Of a stretch of 64,000 nt of DNA, positions 37,203-46,705 are shown piece after piece. The notes beneath the pieces were generated by a model. The model had not been told where the DNA came from and did not search any database. It worked only from the letters and a program-made list of their open reading frames with translations. Each line of letters opens with the position of its first letter. Positions within the stretch are counted from its first letter, which is position 1. A program made the position numbers and the translations under genes. The stretch lies in contig OZ245366.1 in NCBI GenBank assembly GCA_965226585.1, forward strand, positions 896,001 through 960,000. Direction: 5' to 3'. The stretch is from Thermodesulfobacteriota bacterium. Its GTDB lineage: Bacteria; Desulfobacterota_D; UBA1144; Nemesobacterales; Mycalebacteriaceae.

Positions 37203-38559
37203 CGCCGCCCTCTCCTGTTTTTTTGCGCGGAACCGGAAGAATCTCTTTTATCTCCGCTATGGCTATGGGAGGAAGGGTTTTCAGGAATATCAGGAAGAAC
37301 ATGAAGAACCACCCGAAACTTCCCGCCGTAATTCCGGCTTCCACCCATGAGATTTTGTAGACGCCCCAGACCGCGGGGTCATAGTCGCGCGAAAGCGATA
37401 TGACGATAATGTTGAAACGCTCAAACCACATTCCGATATTTATCAGTATTGATATCACAAACAGAACCGCGAGGTTGTGGCGGAACCGCTTGAACCACAG
37501 AAGTATCGGAACCACAACGTTGCAGATAACCATAGTCCAGTAGAAAGGCGCGTATTCCCCGACCGCTCTGTAAAGAAACTGTTCCCACTCCGCCGGCATT
37601 CCGCTGTACCACGCGAACAGAAACTCCACCCCGTAGGCGTAGCCGATGATAAGGGAGGTGAAAATTATCAACTTTGCCATTCCGTCAAAGTTGTCCATCG
37701 TTATGTAGTCTTCAAGACTGAATATTTTCCGTATGGGTATCGCGAGCGTTATAACCATTGCGAGCCCTGAGAAAATCGCCCCTGCAACAAAATACGGCGC
37801 GAATATGGTTGTGTGCCATCCGGGAAGACTTGCCATCGCGAAGTCCCACGAAACAACGCTGTGAACCGAGAGAACAAGCGGAGTCGCGAACGCGGCAAAA
37901 TACAGATACGCCCTTGTGTAGTGCAACCATTCCCAGTTGGAGCCTTTCCAGCCGAGCGAAAGCAGAGAGTAGGCAATTTTTCGCGTTCGTCCGGTAACTT
38001 TGTCCCTTATTGCCGCGAGGTCGGGAATCATTCCGACAAAGAAGAATATTGAACTTACCGTCAAATAAGTGCTGACGGCAAAAACGTCCCACAGCAGAGG
38101 CGATTTGAAGTTCACCCACAATTCCCTCTGGTTGGGATACGGGAAAAGCCAGTAGAAGTTCCAGGGTCTTCCGAGGTGGATTATGGGAAACAGACCGGCG
38201 GTTAGAACGGCAAAAACAGTCATCGCCTCGGCAAGCCGGTAGATTGACATCCTGAACTTCGCCCTGAAAAGAAACAGGACGGCGGATATAAGCGTTCCCG
38301 AATGCGCTATTCCAACCCAGAAAACAAAGTCTGTAATGTAGATTCCCCAGAAAACCGGATGACGGAAACCCGCCACTCCAAGCCCCGTGTACACCTGATA
38401 GAGAAAGCTGAAAAGCCCTATGCCGACAAAGAAAAGCGCGACCCCGAAAAGCAAGGCCCACTGTCCGGACGGCTTTTCAAGAACTCTCACCACATCGGCG
38501 GTAACCCTTGAATATGTAAGTTTGTTCTCTCTTTTTTCCACTTTCTCTGTGTCCATCAC
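37195..38559 (-). CDS. actC: Alternative complex III quinol-oxidising subunit C (NrfD family)
   Basis: FVFWVGIAHSGTLISA, AEAMTVFAV, HLGRPW, SPLLWDVFAV, SVHSVVSWDF, GWHTTIFAPYFV. Confidence 0.95.
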   Translation of the reverse strand: MMDTEKVEKRENKLTYSRVTADVVRVLEKPSGQWALLFGVALFFVGIGLFSFLYQVYTGLGVAGFRHPVFWGIYITDFVFWVGIAHSGTLISAVLFLFRAKFRMSIYRLAEAMTVFAVLTAGLFPIIHLGRPWNFYWLFPYPNQRELWVNFKSPLLWDVFAVSTYLTVSSIFFFVGMIPDLAAIRDKVTGRTRKIAYSLLSLGWKGSNWEWLHYTRAYLYFAAFATPLVLSVHSVVSWDFAMASLPGWHTTIFAPYFVAGAIFSGLAMVITLAIPIRKIFSLEDYITMDNFDGMAKLIIFTSLIIGYAYGVEFLFAWYSGMPAEWEQFLYRAVGEYAPFYWTMVICNVVVPILLWFKRFRHNLAVLFVISILINIGMWFERFNIIVISLSRDYDPAVWGVYKISWVEAGITAGSFGWFFMFFLIFLKTLPPIAIAEIKEILPVPRKKTGEGGDE

Positions 38560-38563
38560 GCTT

Positions 38564-41506
38564 TTACGACTGAGTTACTTCCTTCAGATATGTAACCGCC
38601 GGTTTTGTGTTGATTTCCTCAAACAGTTTGTAGCCCCTCTCGTCGTGAGACGAAACAGACACTTTGCTTTCGGGGTCCAGAAGGTTTCCGAAATCTATGG
38701 CATTTGTTGAGCACGTCTGCTGGCAAGCCGTTACAACGTCTCCGTCTCTTATGCCCCTTTCCTCGTCTTTTGCCGTGTCGTGAGACTGCCTTATTCTCTG
38801 AACGCAGAAACTGCACTTCTCCATAACGCCCTTTGTCCTGACGGTTACATCCGGGTTGAACTGCCAGTTGAGCGGCTCCGGCACTTTGTAGGAGTACCAG
38901 TTGAACCTTCTCACCTTGTAGGTGCAGTTGTTGGCGCAGTATCTCGTGCCGACACAGCGGTTGTATATCATTCCGTTCAGCCCCTCGTGGTTGTGGTAGG
39001 TGGCGTAGACCGGGCACACGGGTTCGCACGGGGCGTTTCCGCAGTGCTGGCACGGAACGGGAACAAAACGCGCCGTTACTTCGCCTTCGGGGTTTTTCTC
39101 AAAGAATCTGTCTATCCTCAGCCACGACATCTCTCTGCGGCGAGCCATCTGCTCTTTACCGACAAACGGTATGTTGTTCTCCGCGTAGCACGCCGTTACG
39201 CAAGCGCCGCAACCCGTGCATTTGGAAAGGTCTATCGCCATTCCCCATCTGTATTCCTTGTATTCAAGGTCGGGGTAGAGATCGGGGTGATGCTCTTTGT
39301 GTTTCTTGTCGTCTTTTCCGAGTTCCTTCACGTCAACAGTCCGCGCAACTCCTCTTCCTTCCTGCGATTTTGTGTATTGCGTGCGGACAAGAAGCCCGTC
39401 TCTGCCGGTCGGCGTAACCTTCACCTTTGTTGAGAACCACGCGTATCCGCCCGACAGCACATCTGATGACGAAGCCATTATCTCCATCGGGTTGACGCCT
39501 CTTCCCTTTGCGTATCTGCCGTAGCTTTCGTGACCCAGCCCGACCGGAATGGCGACCGTTCCCGCCATCACGCCTTCGCTTACAAACACTTGAGTTTCAA
39601 AGGAGCCGAAAACTGATTCAACCTTCACAAAAGAGCCGTCTCTAACGCCCATCTCTTTTGCCGTATTGGGATTTATTTCCGCCCATGAGTCCCACACAAC
39701 CGAAGTCAGGGAGTCTGGAAGCTCCTGCAGCCAGGGTTTGTTTGCCCCTCTGCCGTCGTAAAATCTTGCGGACGGGAAGGGAAGAAGATGCATATCTCCG
39801 TCTCCCTGAAAATCCGCTTCCCTGCCGGAGAAGGAAAACAGTCTCATCCTTCCCGAAATGGAAACCTTGCGTTCTTCCGGCTTGACGGCAACTCCGCCGT
39901 TTTTAAGCGCTTCGTTCCAGAAAGTTTCAAAATCAACCCCGCGCGCTATTTTCGCGCCAAGCCGTTTCCAGTATTCCCTTACAAACGAGTAGTAGTCTGA
40001 AGCGGAGAACGCGCCTTTTGTTGATTCAGTTTTTCCGCTCACGGAGATGATTACGTCTCCCGATGATTTTGTGTTGAACACCTTTTGAACCGCAGGCTGA
40101 ACTATGCCGAGAAAACTTTTTCTCGCGCTGAAATCACCCCAGTTCTCAAGGGGATGATTGTCCGGCAGTATGAGCGAGCACATCTCAGCGGTTTCGTCCA
40201 TAAAGGGAGAGAAACTTACGGTGAACGGAACCTTCTCCATCGCTTTTTTGAAGCCCGCGGAATTCGGAAGAATAAACGCCGGGTTGATTCCCCTCACGAG
40301 CAGAACCTCAACATTGCCGTCTTCCATGTCTTTTATGAGAGAAAGAATTTCCGTGTATGAGGCGGATTTTGACACCGCAAGCGTGTCGGCAAAATCAACC
40401 ACCTCATCCATGTTGCCCGAAAGGTAGTTCAAAATGTTCACCGCCACCAGAAGTTCAGTGGCGTTTGATGAAGTTCCCGCCGCGCCGCCGCCAATGGCAA
40501 GACTTTTGCGGTTAAGCATCTCTGAAGCAATCTCTTCTATGGTTTTGACCGGAACGGACGTTTTCTCTGAAACCGCCTCCGGCGTGTAGTCCCGCACAAT
40601 GGAGACAAGGTAGTCGGGCGCGCCCGTGTTTTCACGCGCCATCACGTTTGCCACTCCAAGGGCGAGGTAGATTTCCGTTCCGGGCTTCACCTGAACCATG
40701 CGGTCTGCGTTCGCGCCCGTCATAGACATTCTCGGCTCAACCTGAACCACCTTTCCGGGTTTGCCGTCTTTCAACTCGCGCAGGTTGCTGAAACCTTTTC
40801 CGTTTGAAACGGGCGAAAGCCATGTCTCAAGAAAATCCGCGCCGAAAGACAGCAGATACTCAGCTTTGCCGATGTTGTATGAAGGTATTTCGTTGATGCC
40901 GAAAAACAGTTCGTTGGCTTTTTTTATTGGCTCGTGGGCAAAGGTCTCATACGTGTAGCGTTTTACTCCGGCGGCTTTTGTCCAGACATCCAGAAGTTCA
41001 TCGTAGGAGCCGGTTTCAACGCCGTCCAGATATACGATGCGATCTCCCCGCCCTTGCGATACGAGGTCTTGAATCTTTGCTGCAAGCGCGTTCTCCGCGT
41101 CCGTCCATGTGGCGACACGGAACTTGCTCTCTTCGTTTTTCATCAGCGGGGATTTAACCCTGTCTGGATTGTAAAGCCCCTGGAGAGCCGCCTGCCCGCC
41201 GGCGCACAGCGCACCTTTATTAATAGGGTTTTCCGCGTTTCCTTCCATTTTGATGGCGCGCCCTTCCCTTGTTTTGACAACAACCCCGCAACCCGCCGGG
41301 CATTCGCGGCAGGTGCTGGAATAGTAGTCCGGCACTCCCGGAACAGAGTTCTCAGGCGGAATCACATAGGGGATTATCTGCTCAACCGGCTCAGGCGAAC
41401 ACCCGCCCGACACCGCCGCCGTGCCGCCCGCGATTCCGATAACTTTCAGAAAATCGCGTCTGCTTATTCCCTTGTTTTCTTCTTTGCCTTTCATTTTTTC
41501 AGACAA
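38564..41506 (-). CDS. actB: Alternative complex III subunit B (molybdoenzyme-like fold fused to Fe-S domain)
   Basis: Tat signal SRRDFLK followed by Cys. NKPWLQELPD. C-terminal CTGCGAC, CQHC..APCEPVCP, CVGTRYCANNC, MEKCSFC. TTG 41506 with GGAGG SD. Confidence 0.93.
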   Translation of the reverse strand: MSEKMKGKEENKGISRRDFLKVIGIAGGTAAVSGGCSPEPVEQIIPYVIPPENSVPGVPDYYSSTCRECPAGCGVVVKTREGRAIKMEGNAENPINKGALCAGGQAALQGLYNPDRVKSPLMKNEESKFRVATWTDAENALAAKIQDLVSQGRGDRIVYLDGVETGSYDELLDVWTKAAGVKRYTYETFAHEPIKKANELFFGINEIPSYNIGKAEYLLSFGADFLETWLSPVSNGKGFSNLRELKDGKPGKVVQVEPRMSMTGANADRMVQVKPGTEIYLALGVANVMARENTGAPDYLVSIVRDYTPEAVSEKTSVPVKTIEEIASEMLNRKSLAIGGGAAGTSSNATELLVAVNILNYLSGNMDEVVDFADTLAVSKSASYTEILSLIKDMEDGNVEVLLVRGINPAFILPNSAGFKKAMEKVPFTVSFSPFMDETAEMCSLILPDNHPLENWGDFSARKSFLGIVQPAVQKVFNTKSSGDVIISVSGKTESTKGAFSASDYYSFVREYWKRLGAKIARGVDFETFWNEALKNGGVAVKPEERKVSISGRMRLFSFSGREADFQGDGDMHLLPFPSARFYDGRGANKPWLQELPDSLTSVVWDSWAEINPNTAKEMGVRDGSFVKVESVFGSFETQVFVSEGVMAGTVAIPVGLGHESYGRYAKGRGVNPMEIMASSSDVLSGGYAWFSTKVKVTPTGRDGLLVRTQYTKSQEGRGVARTVDVKELGKDDKKHKEHHPDLYPDLEYKEYRWGMAIDLSKCTGCGACVTACYAENNIPFVGKEQMARRREMSWLRIDRFFEKNPEGEVTARFVPVPCQHCGNAPCEPVCPVYATYHNHEGLNGMIYNRCVGTRYCANNCTYKVRRFNWYSYKVPEPLNWQFNPDVTVRTKGVMEKCSFCVQRIRQSHDTAKDEERGIRDGDVVTACQQTCSTNAIDFGNLLDPESKVSVSSHDERGYKLFEEINTKPAVTYLKEVTQS

Positions 41507-41526
41507 TCTGTTCCTCCGTTCCGCTT

Positions 41527-42099
41527 TTAATAGTGGCACGTCAGGCAGTCTTTCAACTGCGTTTCGTGGTACTCGTTCTCCGCGTTTTCCTCATGGCACG
41601 ATATACAGAATCCCATGTTAAGCCTTTCCACTTTTCTCACAACGTCCATTTTCTCAACCTCGCCGTGACAGGTTTTACACTCAATTCCCTTCTTGATGTG
41701 GCGTTTGTGGCTGAACTGAACGTATTCCGCCATCGGTGAAACCTTTATCCATGGTATCGGCTCTTTCTTCTCCCAGTATTCTTTGAGTTTCGCTATCTCT
41801 TCGCGAAGGTTGATAACGGAGCCGTCGTCTGCTTTGTATTCTTCGTCTCTGCCCTGAATGTGAGTGTGGCATCCCATACATTTCTGAACGGACGGGATTC
41901 CGGGGTGCGTGGAAACGGCTACGTAGCTGTGGCAGGTGCGGCACTCTATTTTGTTGTCTCCGGCGTGAATTTTGTGGCTGAAAAGTATCGGCTGTTCGGG
42001 ACCCTTTTTTGCCGCGCGCGCTTCGTCTGATAAAAAGACGGAACAAGCCCCGCAGATCAGAAGCAAGAATGTAAACGCCCTTTTCAAAGTTGTGTTCAT
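41527..42099 (-). CDS. actA: Alternative complex III pentaheme cytochrome c subunit A
   Basis: PEQPILFSHKIHAG and five CxxCH motifs (CRTCH, CMGCH, CKTCH, CISCH, CLTCH). Confidence 0.93.
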   Translation of the reverse strand: MNTTLKRAFTFLLLICGACSVFLSDEARAAKKGPEQPILFSHKIHAGDNKIECRTCHSYVAVSTHPGIPSVQKCMGCHTHIQGRDEEYKADDGSVINLREEIAKLKEYWEKKEPIPWIKVSPMAEYVQFSHKRHIKKGIECKTCHGEVEKMDVVRKVERLNMGFCISCHEENAENEYHETQLKDCLTCHY

Positions 42100-42215
42100 C
42101 AAAGGATAGATAAAAACAGATTTTGCAATACTTACGCTCTTTGAAACCCTTGTGTTATGCCAGTATAACGGGCGATAAATTAACACAACTTCAAGCAGTG
42201 TCAAATAGCCGTCCG

Positions 42216-42962
42216 TTACCTCAAAACGAGGTTTTTTTCATCAAGAGTTCCAAGCAAATCCGGTGTGAAAAAAGAACGGCAGTCGCGCTCCGCAAGGGTT
42301 TCGGGGCGTCCTTTCTCAACGTTAAGCCCTCTGATGAAAGGAACAACCCCCGCAACCCGCGCGCGAGATGACAGAAAATCAAGGTTCGTTTCCTCGCAAA
42401 CGCTTTCTTGCTCCGGGTATCCGCAGATAACAACTCCGGCAATCTCAAGGTTTCTCGCCCGCGCCCCTTCCACGGTCAGAAGCGTGTGATTTATGGTTCC
42501 CAGCCCAGCCCTTGCCGCTATAACCGTTCTGAAACCCAGTTCCGCCGCAAAATCCGCCATAGAGTAGTCATCTCTTATCGGAACAAGCAGGCCGCCCGCG
42601 CCTTCAACGATAACGGCGTCATGGTTTTCCGTTTCCTCTTTTATTAGGGTCAGCAGTTTCTGTATGTCAAAGCCCGTGTTTTCAATCTCCGCCGCCATCA
42701 TCGGGGCAAGCGGCTCTTGCAGGCTGTACGGGTTTGCCCGCTCCGGGTTGAAACTTTTTCCCATCACGAGATGGACAAACTCTGCGTCAGTCGTGTCGCC
42801 CGCCGCGCAACCGGTTTGAAACGGCTTGATTGCCGAGACCGTTTTCCCCGCCGCCATCAGGCACCGGGCAAGCGCCGCGCAAACAACCGTTTTTCCCGCG
42901 CCGGTGTCCGTGCCGGTGACAAAAAAGCGCAGTTTCGCGCCGTCTGGTTCCTGTCCGCTCAA
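42216..42962 (-). CDS. bioD: Dethiobiotin synthase
   Basis: FVTGTDTGAGKT, KPFQTG, VEGAGGLLVP, LGTINHTLLT. Confidence 0.95.
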   Translation of the reverse strand: MSGQEPDGAKLRFFVTGTDTGAGKTVVCAALARCLMAAGKTVSAIKPFQTGCAAGDTTDAEFVHLVMGKSFNPERANPYSLQEPLAPMMAAEIENTGFDIQKLLTLIKEETENHDAVIVEGAGGLLVPIRDDYSMADFAAELGFRTVIAARAGLGTINHTLLTVEGARARNLEIAGVVICGYPEQESVCEETNLDFLSSRARVAGVVPFIRGLNVEKGRPETLAERDCRSFFTPDLLGTLDEKNLVLR

Positions 42963-42964
42963 GG

Positions 42965-43426
42965 TTAAAGGGAAAATTCTTCTATCTTTTTGAGGATTTC
43001 ATCGCCGTGGGAATGTGTGTCAACTTTTTTCCAGATATGCCTTATCACTCCCTTGCCGTCCACAAGAAACGTAACGCGCCTCGCCGTGTTTGACGGGCTC
43101 GCGATTCCGTAAAGCTCGATGATTTTTCTGTCGCTGTCGCTTGCGAGAGTGTAGTTGAGTTCGTGCTTGTTTTTGAAGCCGTCGTGCGATTTAACGCTGT
43201 CTGTGCTTATTCCCAGAATCGTTATCCCCTTTCTGCGTATCGCGTCTTCGCTGTCTCTCAGTGAACACGCCTCGCGTGTGCAGCCGGGAGTGTTGTCTCT
43301 TGGGTAAAAACAAATTACCGCGCCGCCTTCCGCGATAATGTCAGAGAGAGAAACCTTTCCACCGCCGTCAGTTTCGGCTTCAAAAAGCGGCGCTTTATCC
43401 CCGGTTTTGAGTTCCTTTGCCATCAC
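42965..43426 (-). CDS. bcp: BCP/PrxQ peroxiredoxin
   Basis: FYPRDNTPGCTREAC. Confidence 0.92.
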   Translation of the reverse strand: MMAKELKTGDKAPLFEAETDGGGKVSLSDIIAEGGAVICFYPRDNTPGCTREACSLRDSEDAIRRKGITILGISTDSVKSHDGFKNKHELNYTLASDSDRKIIELYGIASPSNTARRVTFLVDGKGVIRHIWKKVDTHSHGDEILKKIEEFSL

Positions 43427-43434
43427 TTTCCCCG

Positions 43435-43761
43435 TTATATGTTGAAACTTTCCCTTGCCGCTTCGCTCATCATTTCAGGCGTCCACGGCGGATCCCACAC
43501 AACCTCAACATCCACCTTGTCAACGCCTTCAATTTCAGAAGTCAGCATCTTTGCCTCGGCAACTATCTGCCCCGCCGCCGGACATCCGGGTGATGTCATT
43601 GTCATAAGGATTTTCACGCCTCCGCCTTCAACCTCAACGTTGTAGATAAGCCCCAGATTTACTATGTCAACGGGGATTTCAGGGTCGTATATGTCGCCGA
43701 GAATTTCAAAAACTTTCTCTTTTGAAACCATTCCGTCCGCGCTTTCAGTTTTTTCAGTCAT
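43435..43761 (-). CDS. Metal-sulfur cluster assembly factor (DUF59/SufT-like)
   Basis: DPEIPVDIVNLGLIY, MTMTSPGCP, VWDPPWTPE. Confidence 0.92.
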   Translation of the reverse strand: MTEKTESADGMVSKEKVFEILGDIYDPEIPVDIVNLGLIYNVEVEGGGVKILMTMTSPGCPAAGQIVAEAKMLTSEIEGVDKVDVEVVWDPPWTPEMMSEAARESFNI

Positions 43762-43769
43762 TGTTTTTT

Positions 43770-44288
43770 TCAGGACAGGGATTTAACCGCTTCCAGAACC
43801 GTCTCGTAGTCGGGCTCGTCCGCCACCTCTTTCACATACTCGGCGTGCCGGACAATATTGTTTTCATCCACCACAAAAACAGACCTTGCGAGAAGGCGGT
43901 TTTCCTTGATAAGCACTCCGTAGGACTCACCGAAAGACGCGCTCTGATGGTCGCTCAGGCAAACGCCGTTTTCAATGCAGGCGTCTTTAACATAGCGAGC
44001 CTGTGAAAACGGAAGATCCATACTTACCGTTATCACCTCAACATTTTCCGGCAGTGATTTTACTTCGTTTGAAAAGCGTTTTGTCTGAACATCGCACACC
44101 GGAGTGTCGACCGAAACCACCACGTTGAATATTTTAATTTTACCCTCAAAACTTGAGAGGGACGCTTTGTTTCCCGGTCCCATGTTAGACAGAAAATCCG
44201 GCGCGGGGTCGCCCGCCTTCACCTCCGCGCCCACAAGCGTGAGCGGGTTTCCTTTCATTGTTACGGTTCTTGTTTCTGCTGAAGTCAT
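43770..44288 (-). CDS. tpx: Thiol peroxidase Tpx
   Basis: VTMKGNP, SVDTPVCDVQ, SMDLPF, LARSVFV, EPDY. Confidence 0.93.
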   Translation of the reverse strand: MTSAETRTVTMKGNPLTLVGAEVKAGDPAPDFLSNMGPGNKASLSSFEGKIKIFNVVVSVDTPVCDVQTKRFSNEVKSLPENVEVITVSMDLPFSQARYVKDACIENGVCLSDHQSASFGESYGVLIKENRLLARSVFVVDENNIVRHAEYVKEVADEPDYETVLEAVKSLS

Positions 44289-44353
44289 CGTGTTCCTCCG
44301 CTGTTTTGAAAATTAATCATCTTTCGCTATTCTACTGAACTCATCGTGTTCCT
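44274..44353. repeat. 24-bp imperfect direct repeat (44274-44297 and 44330-44353)
   Basis: TTCTGCTGAAGTCATCGTGTTCCT versus TTCTACTGAACTCATCGTGTTCCT, 2 mismatches. Confidence 0.8.
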
Positions 44354-45128
44354 TCAATCTCACTCCGCCGCAAGGTTTGTTGCAGTCGCGTTTTTTATCG
44401 CGGCAATTTTCGCGCCGCAAATTTCGTCCGCTCTTGAAAGCGCGGATGAACTTATGCGTCAGGTCTATGAGCAGGGGCGCATTCACAAAAGCCAGAGAAT
44501 GAATATGGAGATACGAATAAAGGATTCCCGAGGGCGCAAGCGCGTCCGTTTTTTCAAAACGCTTTACCTTATCGACAAAAAGCAGACGAAAAGTCTTTTG
44601 CGTTTTTACAAGCCTTCAGACGTGAAGGGAACCGGGCTGTTCAACATCGTGTATGACAAAAAGAACAAGGAGAATGACCAGTGGATTTATTTTCCGGCTT
44701 TTCGCACCGTCAGCAAACTTGGGATAGAGGATAAGAACGACAGTTTTATGGGCTCGGATTTTACAAACGCCGACATTGCGGGAAGAAAACCTGCGGAAGA
44801 CACTCACACTTTGTTAAAGGCGGATGAGAAAAACCCGGTTGTATCAAGTGTTCCCCGCAACTCTTCCGACCTTTACTCAAAAATAGAGACTCACATAATC
44901 AGCAGGGTGAAGGTGCCGGAGAAGATTGTTTTTTATGACCGTTCCGGCAAGCGTTTGAAAACTCTCACGAGCAAAAAGATAGCAAAAATTGAAGGGATGT
45001 ATGTTATCGTTGAAGCCGAGATGGAGAACCACTTGACGGGCGGCTCCACGTATCTGACGAAACGTGAAATCAATTTCAAAAAAATCAGTTCTGCGGAGGT
45101 CAGCGTTGCAAAACTCAAAAACAGATAG
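44346..45128 (+). CDS. Outer-membrane lipoprotein-sorting (LolA-like) periplasmic protein
   Basis: Signal peptide. F..PSDVKGTG.., DQWIYFPA, SFMGSDFT..D, FYDRSGKRLK. Confidence 0.88.
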   Translation: MFLQSHSAARFVAVAFFIAAIFAPQISSALESADELMRQVYEQGRIHKSQRMNMEIRIKDSRGRKRVRFFKTLYLIDKKQTKSLLRFYKPSDVKGTGLFNIVYDKKNKENDQWIYFPAFRTVSKLGIEDKNDSFMGSDFTNADIAGRKPAEDTHTLLKADEKNPVVSSVPRNSSDLYSKIETHIISRVKVPEKIVFYDRSGKRLKTLTSKKIAKIEGMYVIVEAEMENHLTGGSTYLTKREINFKKISSAEVSVAKLKNR

Positions 45129-45135
45129 GGCAAAA

Positions 45136-46704
45136 TTGCGTTCCGTATTTTTTGCGGTTTTCACTTTTGTTCTTGTTCCGGCTCTCGCCGTGTTTCCTCC
45201 GGCTCAGTCCGCGCGCGGCGCGGTTATTGAAGAGGAATACGTTATTGAAGAGGAATACACGGAAACATCGTCAGGCGGCGCGCTTGAAAAATTAAGGGAG
45301 TATGTGTTTTTGAATGTCGGCGCGTTCACGACTCTCACGGGCGACAACAAGAGAAGTCTGTATTTCGGCAGCGGCGGGATTGATGTTTCAAAAGACAAGT
45401 TTCAAATCTATGTTGAGGGCAGAGCCTGGAAGCAGGAGATAACTATCACGCAGAAACTCAGGCGGGGCGGTAATGGTCTAGATAAAGATGGAAACCGTCT
45501 TCCTGAAAAAAGGGACACTACTATTCCCGGTGATGATATTGACCTCTCCGAAGCGTATGTGGGTTTCACGCCCATTCCGCAACTGGACATTAAACTTGGA
45601 CGGCGCAAGGTTATCTGGGGGCAACTTGAAACGGCATCGCCGGTTTCCTTTATTATTCCTTCACTGTCACAGAACATCGGAACGGATTTTTCAAAGGTGA
45701 ACTACATCGTTCCGCAAAACTCCGCGCAGATTTCAATTATCCCTCACGAGCGTTTAGAGGTTCAGGGTTATTTTTTCTTCAAAACTCGGACGGATGAACT
45801 GTTCACCGATGAAATTGTGGACAGGTATAAAATAAAGAAGTCCGACTACGAAGACCACAACCAATTTGCCGGGCGAATAGTCTACTACCCCGACTGGGGA
45901 GCGGTCGCCCTCACCTACTACAATGGACGGAGTGCTTTTCTCTACTCCGACTTTTCGCGTCCAATGGCTGGTGATGACACAATAACAAGCGCGGCATGTG
46001 CGATAACAAGTGGTACGGCACGAAACTGCGACCTTAATCACGACCCGCGAATTCCCGAACTTCAGGCATACGCTTTTGAGATTGCTTACAGATGGGGAAG
46101 ATGGAGTTTCAAAGGCGAGGCGACTTACAGGGACAGCGAGGAAGATTTGGATATTTACGAAGGGTTGCTGAATAAAGAAACACCCGAAGGTGCGGAAAAA
46201 GCTTATCTGGATTGGGGAATAGGAAACGGCGGAAAATTCTACGGTGATGAAAGAGCGATTGTTGCCGCGGCGGGAATTGGATACGAAGCGGACAGGTGGA
46301 GAGTTGAGTTGGGCGGCCTGTTTGTAGATGTTGCCTTCAAAGGCGAGGCGAAAAAGGGAGCGGAACTGTATGAAGCAATTGAAGGCAACGATTCACCTGA
46401 ATTTTCAGGCGCGTTCCCGTTCGGAACTGTTGCTTACTTTGTGGACGACAGCAAAAAATCTTTCGTTGGAGCAACGGGCGGATTGCTCGGAACCTTCGGA
46501 ATAGGCGCGAGTCTTTACGGTGTCCTCACAATAGACAGATATGACTACCTCGGAGCCGGAACCCTTCAGCTTGTCGCGGGAGTTGATTTCATACAATACA
46601 CCTCGGATGAAGAACTCAGTGACCAGAACGATGACGGCGGAACATACGAATTTGATGATGAAATTACCATAGCGCCCCGTGTCGGTGTGATATGGAAGTT
46701 CTGA
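45136..46704 (+). CDS. Outer-membrane beta-barrel protein (family unassigned)
   Basis: Signal peptide. LSEAYV...DIKLGRRKVIWG. Ends RVGVIWKF with a terminal Phe. Confidence 0.75.
   Translation: MRSVFFAVFTFVLVPALAVFPPAQSARGAVIEEEYVIEEEYTETSSGGALEKLREYVFLNVGAFTTLTGDNKRSLYFGSGGIDVSKDKFQIYVEGRAWKQEITITQKLRRGGNGLDKDGNRLPEKRDTTIPGDDIDLSEAYVGFTPIPQLDIKLGRRKVIWGQLETASPVSFIIPSLSQNIGTDFSKVNYIVPQNSAQISIIPHERLEVQGYFFFKTRTDELFTDEIVDRYKIKKSDYEDHNQFAGRIVYYPDWGAVALTYYNGRSAFLYSDFSRPMAGDDTITSAACAITSGTARNCDLNHDPRIPELQAYAFEIAYRWGRWSFKGEATYRDSEEDLDIYEGLLNKETPEGAEKAYLDWGIGNGGKFYGDERAIVAAAGIGYEADRWRVELGGLFVDVAFKGEAKKGAELYEAIEGNDSPEFSGAFPFGTVAYFVDDSKKSFVGATGGLLGTFGIGASLYGVLTIDRYDYLGAGTLQLVAGVDFIQYTSDEELSDQNDDGGTYEFDDEITIAPRVGVIWKF
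45223..45258 (+). repeat. Exact 18-bp tandem duplication
   Basis: GTTATTGAAGAGGAATAC twice, encoding VIEEEY-VIEEEY. Confidence 0.95.
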
Positions 46705-46705
46705 A

